A stretch of 64,000 nt of DNA from an uncultured Bacilli bacterium (GCA_947626055.1 CANQQP010000001.1:10672-74671); one strand, 5' to 3'; positions 9,092-18,361 are shown, counted from the first letter of the stretch. Notes: generated from the sequence alone by a model not told the origin. Translations and numbers: made by a program.

Positions 9092-9589
9092 ATGAAATCT
9101 TTAAAGTTATATTTAATTGATGATGATTATATTAAGTTTTTAAGAAAGTTTGACAAAAAAGTACCATATAATAAAGTCCAAAAAAGGCCATACGTAGGTG
9201 TAGTTTTCTATTATAATAAGATTAAATATTTTGCTCCTTTAACTTCGCCAAAACCCAAACACTTAAAAATAAACAGCAATGCAGTAGATATATTTAAGAT
9301 TAATCAAGGCCAGCTAGGTGTAGTTAATATAAATAATATGATACCTGTTACCTCGGATGTTTTAACCGAATTATTACCCATAATTGAAGATGATAAATAT
9401 AGAGAATTAGTTATTAATCAATTAACTTATTTAAATGATAATAAAAGAAAATTAATTAAAAAAGTTCACGTATTTTACAATTTATATTTAAAAAATCATT
9501 TAAGCCCAAATCAAAAAACTAGATGTTGCGATTTTAAAATATTGGAGAAATACTATAAAAATTTTGAAAAAGAAGAGGTAAAACAATAA
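9092..9589 (+). CDS. ToxN/AbiQ family type III toxin endoribonuclease
   Basis: 165 aa. Conserved ToxN/AbiQ signatures are present: DKKVP, YVGVV, YFAPLTSPKPKH, LGVVNINNMIPV and a C-terminal CDFKILE. An RBS-like AAGAAGG lies 10 nt upstream. Confidence 0.85.
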   Translation: MKSLKLYLIDDDYIKFLRKFDKKVPYNKVQKRPYVGVVFYYNKIKYFAPLTSPKPKHLKINSNAVDIFKINQGQLGVVNINNMIPVTSDVLTELLPIIEDDKYRELVINQLTYLNDNKRKLIKKVHVFYNLYLKNHLSPNQKTRCCDFKILEKYYKNFEKEEVKQ

Positions 9590-9658
9590 AATATTTTTCC
9601 CTTATTTGCAATTTAGTAATTTTTTTAATATAATGTATTACACATAGGTGATTTTTAT

Positions 9659-10249
9659 ATGAAAATAGATACGGTTGAATTAAGCAATACAGCGGTTAGA
9701 GTTAGTCAATATCCTACTGATAACAAGCCGGAATTTTTGCTAGTTGGCCGAAGTAATGTTGGAAAGAGTAGTTTTATAAACGCATTAATAAATCGTAAAA
9801 ACTATGCAAGAACTAGTAGTAAGCCTGGTAAAACGCAAACCTTAAACTTCTATTCAATTAATAATAGTTTTTACTTAGTTGATGTGCCCGGATATGGTTT
9901 TGCCACCGTAAGTAAAGAAAAACAAAAAAAATTTGGTTTAATGATTGAAGAATATTTAAAAACTCGCAAATCTTTAAAACAAGTTTTTATGCTTATTGAT
10001 TATCGACATAAACCTAGCGAAGATGATTATTTGATGTATAATTACTTAAAATATTATAATCTTCCGGTAACAATTGTGGCTACTAAATATGATAAAGTAA
10101 ATAAAACAGCGAGAGTTAAACAAGATAAAATGATTATGGAAGCAATGGATATTAAAGAGGGAGATAATTTGATTTTCTTTTCGTCTATAAGTAAAAAAGG
10201 ACGAGATGAAGTATATAAGATTATAGAAAGTTATTTAGAAATCGTCTAA
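9659..10249 (+). CDS. engB: Ribosome biogenesis GTPase EngB/YsxC (YihA)
   Basis: 196 aa. G1 motif GRSNVGKSS, G3 DVPGYG and NK.D-type G4 (TKYDK). Confidence 0.9.
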   Translation: MKIDTVELSNTAVRVSQYPTDNKPEFLLVGRSNVGKSSFINALINRKNYARTSSKPGKTQTLNFYSINNSFYLVDVPGYGFATVSKEKQKKFGLMIEEYLKTRKSLKQVFMLIDYRHKPSEDDYLMYNYLKYYNLPVTIVATKYDKVNKTARVKQDKMIMEAMDIKEGDNLIFFSSISKKGRDEVYKIIESYLEIV

Positions 10250-10310
10250 ACTTTCTTTTTTTCTTTGTAAAAAGGACAATTCTGTTTTATAATAATACTA
10301 GGTGATAACG

Positions 10311-11186
10311 ATGAAAAATAAAAAGGGTTTTACACTGGTAGAATTACTAGCTGTTATTGTTTTATTAGGAGTTTTAATTGCTATAGCTGTTCCTAGCGTA
10401 TTAGGTATATCAAAAAAAATAAAAGAAAATATGTATGAAGCTAAAGTCAAAACTGTTGAGGTTGCAGCAGAAGCTTGGATAGATGATAATAAAAATAGTT
10501 GCAAAACATTAAAAGATAAGAATATTGAATTTTTAATTTCTGCCGGTTATTTAAAAGCTGATGACAAAGATGGTAAAATTAGAAACCCAGTAGATAATTC
10601 AGAAATGAATAAAAACACATTAACAACTTATATAGATATAGATAAATTGTGTCAAGGAATTACGACAGTTGTAAACGGATATAATGTTGATCGAAATGTA
10701 GTTGAAAGGGTTAACAAAGATATAAAAACTTATTTCCAAAATAAAACATTTAATAAATCTTGCTTAAGCAATAAAGGTAGCAATCCTTATTTACTAACAA
10801 AAGTTAAAGAATGTATTAACAATTTTAATGAAAGTAATTTTAAAAATCTTTTAGATGATGGTAGTACAATAGATGATTATAAAGTATATTTTCAAAGTAC
10901 TCCTGGTGAAAACCCATATACTGTTAATCGTTATAGATATGAATATAAAATAGATTTATATAAAGATGGCAAAAAATATAGTACTAAAAAACAATATATA
11001 AATGATGATGGCGCTTCTGAAAGGGTAGATATTGATATCCCAAGTGGTTATAAATTTGATAGAACAACATGCAATCGTTTATATTATGATAAGGGAGAGT
11101 TTATTGTTACAACTTCTAGTACTCATTATACTAGCGTAGCATGTGATATTTATTTTGTCCCAGGCATAGCAACGAAAAATTATTAG
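10311..11186 (+). CDS. Type IV prepilin-like protein (class III signal, N-terminal KGFTLVELL..)
   Basis: Short basic leader MKNKK, then the prepilin cleavage/methylation motif G-FTLVE and a hydrophobic helix, followed by a roughly 260-aa soluble domain. RBS AGGTGA with 5-nt spacing to the ATG at 10311. The ORF is open from 10302. Confidence 0.6.
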   Translation: MKNKKGFTLVELLAVIVLLGVLIAIAVPSVLGISKKIKENMYEAKVKTVEVAAEAWIDDNKNSCKTLKDKNIEFLISAGYLKADDKDGKIRNPVDNSEMNKNTLTTYIDIDKLCQGITTVVNGYNVDRNVVERVNKDIKTYFQNKTFNKSCLSNKGSNPYLLTKVKECINNFNESNFKNLLDDGSTIDDYKVYFQSTPGENPYTVNRYRYEYKIDLYKDGKKYSTKKQYINDDGASERVDIDIPSGYKFDRTTCNRLYYDKGEFIVTTSSTHYTSVACDIYFVPGIATKNY

Positions 11187-11240
11187 TTTGCTATATCTAT
11201 ATTTTTCTGCTAAAATACAATCTTAGTTTGGAGGTGCCTT

Positions 11241-12551
11241 ATGAAGAAAACTGTATGTTTAATTGGAAGACCTAATGTAGGAAAAAGCACCATTTTTAAT
11301 CGTTTAATAGGTGAAAAAAAATCTATAATTGCTGATAATCCTGGAATTACTAGAGATCGTATTTATGGGAATGCAACGTATAAAGATAAAACTTTTCTTT
11401 TAATTGATACAGGTGGAATTGATATGGGTCGAGATAACTTTAATGAAGATATTAAAGCCCAAGCTATGATTGCGATTGATGAATCAGATGTCATTGTTTT
11501 TATTGTTGATGGTAAAGAAGAATTGACAAGTAATGATTATCTTGTTCGCGATATGTTAATTAAAACAAATAAAAAAGTAATTGTTGTAGTAAATAAATTA
11601 GATAATCCTCAAAAAGAAGAACTAATTTATAATTATTATGAGTTAGGTTTTGAAACTGTTATACCATTAAGTGCTATTCATAATAATGGCTTTGATAAAC
11701 TTTTAGACGAAATAACTAGAGATTTTAATGAAAATGAACAAATAGAAGAAGATATTTTAAAATTTTGTATTATTGGGCGTCCCAATGTTGGTAAAAGTAG
11801 TTTAATAAATGCTTTATTAAATGAAGATCGTTCCATTGTCTCCAATGTAGCAGGGACTACTAGAGATGCCATTGATACACGTTTTCGCTATGATAATGAA
11901 GATTATATAGTAATTGATACCGCTGGTATGCGCAAGAGGGGCAAAATATATGAGAATATTGAAAAATATAGTTTAATTCGCTCTTTAAAAGCCATCGAGC
12001 GCAGTGATGTATGTGTCGTTGTTTTAAGTGCCGAAGAGGGGATAATTGAACATGATAAGCATATTGTCTCTTATGCTATTTCTTCAGGGAAAGCTTTAGT
12101 TTTAGTAGTAAATAAGTGGGATACGATTGTTAATCCTAATGAACAAATTAAAAAATGGAAGCAAAAAATTGCCAATGAATTTCAATTTATTCCTTATGTT
12201 AATGTCGTATTTTTATCCGCTAAGACTAAAAAAAGAATGCATATGCTGATGCCCGAGGTTATCAAAGCTTATGAAAATTCTTGTAAGCAAATAAAAACTT
12301 CAATATTAAACAATGTAATTATAGATGCCATGAATTTACATAATCCGCCATCTTATAAAGGCAAAAGATTAAAAGTTTACTTTGTCTCTCAAACCGAAAC
12401 AAAGCCCCCTAAATTTACTTTTCAGGTTAATAGTAAAAACTTAATTCATTTTAGTTATGAAAGATATCTTGAAAATAAAATACGAGAAAATTTTGATTTA
12501 ACTGGCACCCCTATAATTTTACAATTTAAAAATAAAGGAGAAGCAAAATAA
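11241..12551 (+). CDS. der: GTPase Der (EngA), tandem GTP-binding domains plus KH-like domain
   Basis: 436 aa. Two Walker A motifs GRPNVGKST and GRPNVGKSS, two DTAG/DTGG G3 motifs and two NK.D motifs. Confidence 0.95.
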   Translation: MKKTVCLIGRPNVGKSTIFNRLIGEKKSIIADNPGITRDRIYGNATYKDKTFLLIDTGGIDMGRDNFNEDIKAQAMIAIDESDVIVFIVDGKEELTSNDYLVRDMLIKTNKKVIVVVNKLDNPQKEELIYNYYELGFETVIPLSAIHNNGFDKLLDEITRDFNENEQIEEDILKFCIIGRPNVGKSSLINALLNEDRSIVSNVAGTTRDAIDTRFRYDNEDYIVIDTAGMRKRGKIYENIEKYSLIRSLKAIERSDVCVVVLSAEEGIIEHDKHIVSYAISSGKALVLVVNKWDTIVNPNEQIKKWKQKIANEFQFIPYVNVVFLSAKTKKRMHMLMPEVIKAYENSCKQIKTSILNNVIIDAMNLHNPPSYKGKRLKVYFVSQTETKPPKFTFQVNSKNLIHFSYERYLENKIRENFDLTGTPIILQFKNKGEAK

Positions 12552-12575
12552 TTGGTGCTTCTCTTAATTTTGGAT
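12541..12575. terminator. Possible bidirectional terminator between der and the convergent XRE gene
   Basis: Stem gaagca/tgcttc with a 10-nt loop, followed by a T-rich tract. Confidence 0.35.
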
Positions 12576-12827
12576 TGTTTTTTGATCAACTCGTTTTTTA
12601 TTAATAATTTTTTGCTCATCAAAAGTCAGTAAATCATTGGGGCTTTTATCTATAGCTCGACTAATTTTCTCAACAAAATCTAAGGAAACATTTTCTTTTC
12701 CTCGTTCAATGTTGGCTAAGTGTTTAATACTTAATTTATATTTTGAATAATATTTTTCTTGTGATAAATTTTCGGAAAATCGATAGTAACGTAAATTAAT
12801 CCCTAATATTTTATTTAATGATGGCAC
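12564..12827 (-). CDS. XRE-family helix-turn-helix transcriptional regulator
   Basis: 87 aa with an HTH_3-like segment (LSQEKYYSKYKLSIKHLANIERGKENVSLDFVEKISRAI). Confidence 0.7.
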   Translation of the reverse strand: MPSLNKILGINLRYYRFSENLSQEKYYSKYKLSIKHLANIERGKENVSLDFVEKISRAIDKSPNDLLTFDEQKIINKKRVDQKTIQN

Positions 12828-12900
12828 TGCTAATCACGTCCTTAATGTTATTATTAGCATTTTGCTAAAATAAGTCTACCTAGTTATAGCTTGATAAAAG

Positions 12901-12929
12901 TTGACTTCTAAAGCTTTGTCATTTATTAT
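12901..12929 (+). promoter_or_regulatory. Sigma-A promoter (TTGACT-17-TATTAT) for the plus-strand XRE gene, within the divergent regulatory region
   Basis: TTGACT at 12901-12906, a 17-nt spacer, TATTAT at 12924-12929. tgac/gtca inverted repeats flank the spacer. Confidence 0.5.
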
Positions 12930-12949
12930 AAAACAGTAGGTAATGAAGT

Positions 12950-13153
12950 ATGAAAGAAAATTATTGTTATGAAAAATTAAAAAAATTACGAGAAGCTCAT
13001 AATTTGTCATATGCACAAATGGCTAAAGAATTGGGTCTTAGTACGAGTTATTATTGGCAAATTGAAAATAAAACTAAAAATTTATATTATAGTTTAGCAG
13101 TTAAAATTGCCCGATATTTTAGTTTGAAACCTGATGACATTTTTTATGAATAA
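12950..13153 (+). CDS. XRE-family helix-turn-helix transcriptional regulator (Cro/CI-like)
   Basis: 67 aa. HTH segment LSYAQMAKELGLSTSYYWQIENKTKN. Confidence 0.7.
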   Translation: MKENYCYEKLKKLREAHNLSYAQMAKELGLSTSYYWQIENKTKNLYYSLAVKIARYFSLKPDDIFYE

Positions 13154-13198
13154 CTAATAAAGTCCTTTTGCATATATTAGATGTAGGAGGATTTTTTA

Positions 13199-13441
13199 AT
13201 GAAATTTGGTGATGATTTTTTTAAAAAAGTCGAGAAAAAAACTAAGGTTGATAAAGATACAATTATTAGCTTGGCTCAAAAATTACAAAATGGGAATATG
13301 AAAGATGAAAAAACATTAAGGGAAGTTATTAGAACTCTAAGTACTATGACTAATAAAAATGTTAGTAAAGAAAAAGAAGATAAAATTATTGATACGATAT
13401 TAAAAGATAATGTCCCTAAAGATGTCGATAAATTATTTTAA
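13199..13441 (+). CDS. Small sporulation protein, SpoVIF/YjcC-like
   Basis: 80 aa. The pattern FFKKVEKKT.V....I..LA......N..DE.T.R.VI..LS.M.N..VSKE.ED.II..I matches the SpoVIF family as I recall it. Confidence 0.5.
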   Translation: MKFGDDFFKKVEKKTKVDKDTIISLAQKLQNGNMKDEKTLREVIRTLSTMTNKNVSKEKEDKIIDTILKDNVPKDVDKLF

Positions 13442-13465
13442 AATACTAAATTTAGTATTTTTTTT
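13442..13465 (+). terminator. Intrinsic terminator after the spoVIF-like gene
   Basis: Stem aatactaaa/tttagtatt followed by T8. Confidence 0.6.
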
Positions 13466-13495
13466 CATATCTTTTTAGATTTGGCATAGATATTT
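13466..13495 (+). promoter_or_regulatory. Possible sigma-E-type promoter upstream of spoIVA
   Basis: CATATC (-35-like), a 13-nt gap, then CATAGATA (resembling CATACAnT). B. subtilis spoIVA is sigma-E dependent. The match is weak. Confidence 0.25.
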
Positions 13496-13522
13496 ACTAA
13501 GAAAGAAAAATGAGGTGGAGAT

Positions 13523-15001
13523 ATGAACAAAGACGAAATAATTTCGTCCATAGCTAAAAGAGGAAATGGCGAAATATATATAGGTATTGTTGGCGCAGTT
13601 AGAACTGGTAAATCGACGTTTATTAAAAGATTTATTGAAAATTTAGTAGTTCCTAATATTGAAGATGAATACGAAAAGAAAAGATGTTTAGATGAAATTC
13701 CGCAAAGTGCTCAAGGGAAAACTATTATGACAACTGAGCCCAAGTTTGTTCCTAGTAATGGGGCTAATATTAAAATCAATGAATTTTCCGCTAATATTCG
13801 TTTAATTGATTGTGTTGGTTATGTAATTCCTAATGCCACAGGATATTTAGATGATGATGGTACACCAAGAATGGTTAAAACTCCTTGGTTTTCTGATCCT
13901 GTCCCTTTTATAGAAGCAGCGGAAATTGGCACGCAAAAAGTAATTCAAGATCATTCAACGATTGGCATTGTTGTTACAAGTGATGGTTCTTATGGAGAAC
14001 TTGATCGTAATGATTATTTAGAAGCCGAAGAAAAAGTTATTTCTGAATTAAAAAGCTTAGGCAAACCATTTATTGTTATTTTAAATACAATTCATCCTAC
14101 GAATACGGAAACTGTTAGTTTAGCTAGAGAAATTAGTGAAACTTATGATGTAGAAGTAATGCCAATTAGTGTAGAAACTATGAACGAGCAAGAAATATAT
14201 GAAATCTTGAAAAAGGCTTTATATGAATTCCCAGTGTTAGATATCAAAGTAAATATTCCAGAATGGGTTCATGTTTTAAGTAATACTCATGAATTAAAAA
14301 AACATTATTTAGAAAAAATTACCGAGAGTGTCATAAGTGTTGATAAAATTAAAGATATTGATAATATAATTAAGAACTTTGAAGATAGCACATATATTAA
14401 TAAAGCATATATTAGTGAAGTAGATGCTTCAACCGGAATAGTAACCCTTAATTTAGAAAGCCCTGATAGTTTATATAATGATATCTTAAATGAAATGATG
14501 GGGGAATCAGTCACAACTAAAGCCGGACTTCTTAAAATGTTTGCTGACTATAAAGAAGGTAAAAACGAATACGATCAAATTAAAAGTGCTTTAAAAATGG
14601 CTCGTAGCACAGGTTATGGTATTGTTTATCCAACTTTAAAAGATATGAAATTAGAAACACCCGAAATTATTAAACAAGGTTCTCGTTATGGAGTTAAATT
14701 AAAAGCTGTTGCTTCTTCCATTCATTTAATGCGTGTAGATGTGGAAAGCACCTTTGAACCAATAATTGGTAGTGAACTTCAAAGTAAAGAATTAATTGAC
14801 TATATTATGAAAGATTTTGAAACAGATCCGGCGAGCATTTGGAAAAGTGAAATATTTGGTCGCAGTTTAGATGACATTGTTAAAGAAGGCATTCAAGCTA
14901 AATTATCAATAATGCCGGAAAATACTCGTTATAAATTATCCCAAACTGTTACTAAAATTGTTAATAAAGGCGCCAATAATTTAATAGCTATTGTTATTTA
15001 A
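13523..15001 (+). CDS. spoIVA: Stage IV sporulation protein A (spore coat morphogenetic ATPase)
   Basis: 492 aa. N-terminal Walker A GAVRTGKSTFIKRF. Length and overall pattern are typical of SpoIVA. Confidence 0.9.
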   Translation: MNKDEIISSIAKRGNGEIYIGIVGAVRTGKSTFIKRFIENLVVPNIEDEYEKKRCLDEIPQSAQGKTIMTTEPKFVPSNGANIKINEFSANIRLIDCVGYVIPNATGYLDDDGTPRMVKTPWFSDPVPFIEAAEIGTQKVIQDHSTIGIVVTSDGSYGELDRNDYLEAEEKVISELKSLGKPFIVILNTIHPTNTETVSLAREISETYDVEVMPISVETMNEQEIYEILKKALYEFPVLDIKVNIPEWVHVLSNTHELKKHYLEKITESVISVDKIKDIDNIIKNFEDSTYINKAYISEVDASTGIVTLNLESPDSLYNDILNEMMGESVTTKAGLLKMFADYKEGKNEYDQIKSALKMARSTGYGIVYPTLKDMKLETPEIIKQGSRYGVKLKAVASSIHLMRVDVESTFEPIIGSELQSKELIDYIMKDFETDPASIWKSEIFGRSLDDIVKEGIQAKLSIMPENTRYKLSQTVTKIVNKGANNLIAIVI

Positions 15002-15025
15002 TCTATCAACTGATAGATTTTTTTT
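15001..15025 (+). terminator. Intrinsic terminator after spoIVA
   Basis: Stem atctatca/tgatagat followed by T7. Confidence 0.6.
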
Positions 15026-15071
15026 AATATTTCCATAATTTATAGTATAATGATGGCAATAGGTGGTAGTA

Positions 15072-16217
15072 ATGAATAAGTATTTGCGTAGGTTTTTATA
15101 TGTTATTATTTTAGTTATGGCTTTAGCTTGCTTTGCTTTGGCGGGACTAAAATTATATAATTTGCAAACAACAACTACCAAAGAGCCAAAAAAAACCGAG
15201 AAAGTACCTGAACAAAAAGCAACTACTAAAAAGCTATCTTTGATTATGGTCGGGGATGCTTTAATTCATGAAGCTGTTTATAATGCTGCGAAAACTAGCG
15301 ATGGCAGTTATGACTTTAAACCTAAAATTGCCAAAATAAAACCCATTATTCAAAATTATGATTTAGCATTTTATAATCAAGAAAGTATTATTGGTGGAAA
15401 AAGCTTAGGATTATCTACTTATCCACGTTTTAATTCCCCTGAAGAAGTAGGCGATGCCTTTTTAGATGCGGGCTTTAATTTAGTGAGCTTGGCTAATAAT
15501 CACACGTTAGATAGAGGAGAGCAAGCTATTTTAAACTCGTTAAATTATTGGCAAGATAAACCTATCTATACCGCCGGCAGTTATGAATCATGGGAACAAA
15601 GAGATAATATAAAAATTGAAACTAAAAATGGTATTAAATATGCTTTACTGGCTTATACCACAGTGACGAATGGACTTTCTCGTCCACAAGGAAAAGAATA
15701 TTACTTAAATGTGTACGATGAAGAGCAAGTCAAAAAAGATGTAGAATCTCTCAAAGATAAAGTTGATTTATTAATGGTGAGTATGCATTTTGGGACCGAA
15801 TATTCATTAAAACAAAACGCCGAACAAGAACAAATTGCTAATTATTTAGCTTCTTTAGGAGTTAATATTGTGATTGGCCATCATCCTCATGTTATTGAAC
15901 CGATTACTTTTATTAATGATACTCTCGTTATTTATTCTTTAGGTAATTTTATTTCTGGGCAAAGAACGGTTGATCAATTAACGGGATTAATGGTCGGCAT
16001 TGATGTAATTAAAGAAGAGGATAATCCTATTAAATTAGAAAATTTAAGCGCGGAATTTACTTATACAAAAACACGTAATTTAACAACGGGAGCTTTTGAT
16101 TTTGAAGTAATCCCTTATAATGAACTAGATGAAAATATTCTCCCTAATTTTTCCGAGCATAAATTAAAATACGCGGAAATTGTTAATCAATTAGGAGCAA
16201 ATGCGCAAATAAAGTGA
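15072..16217 (+). CDS. CapA/PgsA-family metallophosphatase-like protein (poly-gamma-glutamate synthesis family)
   Basis: N-terminal TM segment. SLANNHTLDRGE and GHHPHVIEP motifs of the CapA family. RBS AGGTGG precedes the ATG at 15072. The ORF is open from a GTG at 15063. Confidence 0.7.
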   Translation: MNKYLRRFLYVIILVMALACFALAGLKLYNLQTTTTKEPKKTEKVPEQKATTKKLSLIMVGDALIHEAVYNAAKTSDGSYDFKPKIAKIKPIIQNYDLAFYNQESIIGGKSLGLSTYPRFNSPEEVGDAFLDAGFNLVSLANNHTLDRGEQAILNSLNYWQDKPIYTAGSYESWEQRDNIKIETKNGIKYALLAYTTVTNGLSRPQGKEYYLNVYDEEQVKKDVESLKDKVDLLMVSMHFGTEYSLKQNAEQEQIANYLASLGVNIVIGHHPHVIEPITFINDTLVIYSLGNFISGQRTVDQLTGLMVGIDVIKEEDNPIKLENLSAEFTYTKTRNLTTGAFDFEVIPYNELDENILPNFSEHKLKYAEIVNQLGANAQIK

Positions 16218-16337
16218 AAATTATGCGAAATTTCGCAGAAAATGGCACTTTTATCTTGATTTTAAAAAGTTTTTTTGATAGATTTAGTATGTAAGGTATG
16301 GACCTTATAATAAATATTTATGTGGGAGGTAGACAAT

Positions 16338-16610
16338 ATGTCAAAAAATGAATTAGTAATGTATGTTGCTGAAGCTGCTAATATGTCAAAAGCTGAAGCT
16401 GGCCGTGCTGTTGATGCTGTAATGGCTGGAATTACTGAAGGATTAAAAAAAGATGGAAAGGTAACTTTAGTTGGATTCGGAACTTTCAGTTCTAAAAAAA
16501 GAGCTGCTAGAGATGGTATCAATCCACTTACTAAAGAACCACTTCATATTCCTGCTAAAAATGTTGTTTCATTCAAAGCTGGAAGCAAATTAAAAGACTC
16601 AGTTAACTAA
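16338..16610 (+). CDS. hup: DNA-binding protein HU
   Basis: 90 aa. Classic HU sequence MSKNELV...GFGTF....AR.GINP.T.E...IPA. RBS GGGAGG upstream of the ATG at 16338. Confidence 0.9.
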   Translation: MSKNELVMYVAEAANMSKAEAGRAVDAVMAGITEGLKKDGKVTLVGFGTFSSKKRAARDGINPLTKEPLHIPAKNVVSFKAGSKLKDSVN

Positions 16611-16641
16611 TAATAAAATAAATGGTTAAAATGTTTTTTAA

Positions 16642-16665
16642 AAGAATCAATTTGATTCTTTTTTT
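16642..16665 (+). terminator. Intrinsic terminator after hup
   Basis: Stem aagaatcaa/ttgattctt followed by T5. Confidence 0.6.
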
Positions 16666-16750
16666 GTTAACTTACAAGACAAATTAAGGCTTTTTCCTTT
16701 GAAAGATATTTATTGTTTGGTATAATCAATATAGATAGGGAGTTGAAATA

Positions 16751-17875
16751 ATGAGTAAAAATAAGAAATCTTTAATTGTGGTATTAATAGGATTGCTATT
16801 AATAGGCATTGGTTTTTTTATTCATCTTACCAATAGATATCGTTTAATATTTATTGTTATTGGATTTGTAGTGCAGATTACCGGTATGGTCATGTATCGC
16901 AAGAAAAAGATTATCTTAATTCCTATTCTAACGATAATTTTTGCAAGCAGTTTAATTATTATCGATTATTTATTAGTAGCTAACTTTGAGAGATTGCCAT
17001 TACTTGCAATTAGAAACACTATTTCGAGTAATACCAAAATATATAATGCCACCTTTTATCGCGTTTGGAAATGTAATATAAGTGATAAAAAAATGTATAT
17101 AGATAAATATTATAAATCCAACTTTTACTGTGATAGTAAAGAATTAGAAACAATTGATATCAATGACTTCTTACTCCATTTTGAAAAAAAATATCGTAAA
17201 TATCGTAATGATTTTGTCAAAATTGAAGGGAAAATTAGTGAAATCCAAGGAATAAAATCATTAGAGATGAAAGCTTATGAATTTGAAGTAGATAAATTAA
17301 ATGGCTATGTAACATTTGATGATAATGTAAAATTAAGATTTATATTTAATGGAAATTATGAAAAGCTTTCTAACTATAGTGTTTATGATAACGTTAAAGT
17401 TATTGGTCGAGTTGTCAAAATGGAAAAAGATGACAATGACACTTATACAATCAGTTTAGTTGATTCAAAAATAGTTTCCTCTGGCTTATATAATGATTTT
17501 GAAGTTTTAGTTGATAAAGATAAAAAGTGTACGACGGGAACCCAAATTTATTATCAAACTAAAGATCAAAAATATTACTTTAATTGTTTAAATGCAATAG
17601 ATATTAAATATAGTGAAGAAGATATTTATGAGTTAAGCTATTTACTTCAAGATAATAAAATAAAATTAGAAGATTTATATAAAAAGGCCTCAAGTCAAGA
17701 AGTTTATGATGATGGAGGTAGCACATTATATCATTATGATGAATTTAGTATTTTAAAATGTAATACAACCGAAGGAAATAAAGATATCATATTTGGTAAT
17801 ACGAATTTAACGAAGACAGCTGATATGTGTTATACAAATGTAGAGATTCCGGATGCTAAAGAAATAGAAGACTAA
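16751..17875 (+). CDS. Hypothetical membrane protein (3 N-terminal TM helices plus soluble domain)
   Basis: 374-aa ORF. Hydrophobic N-terminus and no recognised motif. Confidence 0.5.
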   Translation: MSKNKKSLIVVLIGLLLIGIGFFIHLTNRYRLIFIVIGFVVQITGMVMYRKKKIILIPILTIIFASSLIIIDYLLVANFERLPLLAIRNTISSNTKIYNATFYRVWKCNISDKKMYIDKYYKSNFYCDSKELETIDINDFLLHFEKKYRKYRNDFVKIEGKISEIQGIKSLEMKAYEFEVDKLNGYVTFDDNVKLRFIFNGNYEKLSNYSVYDNVKVIGRVVKMEKDDNDTYTISLVDSKIVSSGLYNDFEVLVDKDKKCTTGTQIYYQTKDQKYYFNCLNAIDIKYSEEDIYELSYLLQDNKIKLEDLYKKASSQEVYDDGGSTLYHYDEFSILKCNTTEGNKDIIFGNTNLTKTADMCYTNVEIPDAKEIED

Positions 17876-17904
17876 AATTATATTGGGCATAGACAACAAA
17901 ACTC

Positions 17905-17933
17905 TTTACAAATTCTTAAATAATTGTTATAAT
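17905..17933 (+). promoter_or_regulatory. Sigma-A promoter for the rplS leader (TTTACA-17-TGtTATAAT)
   Basis: -35 at 17905-17910 and an extended -10 TATAAT at 17928-17933. Confidence 0.5.
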
Positions 17934-18016
17934 CGTAATTGCTTTTGAGCATATTTAATCCGCTGTAATAATTTATATGATTGAATATTAATATATTATA
18001 GAAAGGACATGAAAAT

Positions 18017-18361
18017 ATGAGTACGTTAATTGAAAAAATTAATAAAAAGCATATTAAACCTGATGTTCCTGAGTTTAGAGTTGGAGATACTGTAAAAGTT
18101 GATGTTTGGGTAAAAGAAGGTAAAAAAGAAAGAATCCAAGCTTTCCAAGGTCTAGTTGTTAATATAACTGGTGGTGGGGTTTCCAAAACCTTTACGGTTC
18201 GTAAGAAAAGTGGAAATGTTGGCGTTGTCAGAATTTTCCCTGTAAATAGTCCGACTATTGATAAGATTACAGTTATTAAAAAAGGCGTTGTAAGACGTGC
18301 TAAACTTAACAATATTCTAAAAGGAATGAAAAAGGAATTTAAAGTTAAAGAAAGAAATTAG
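18017..18361 (+). CDS. rplS: 50S ribosomal protein L19
   Basis: 114 aa. Conserved PEFRVGDTVKV and RIQAFEG-like motifs. Confidence 0.95.
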   Translation: MSTLIEKINKKHIKPDVPEFRVGDTVKVDVWVKEGKKERIQAFQGLVVNITGGGVSKTFTVRKKSGNVGVVRIFPVNSPTIDKITVIKKGVVRRAKLNNILKGMKKEFKVKERN

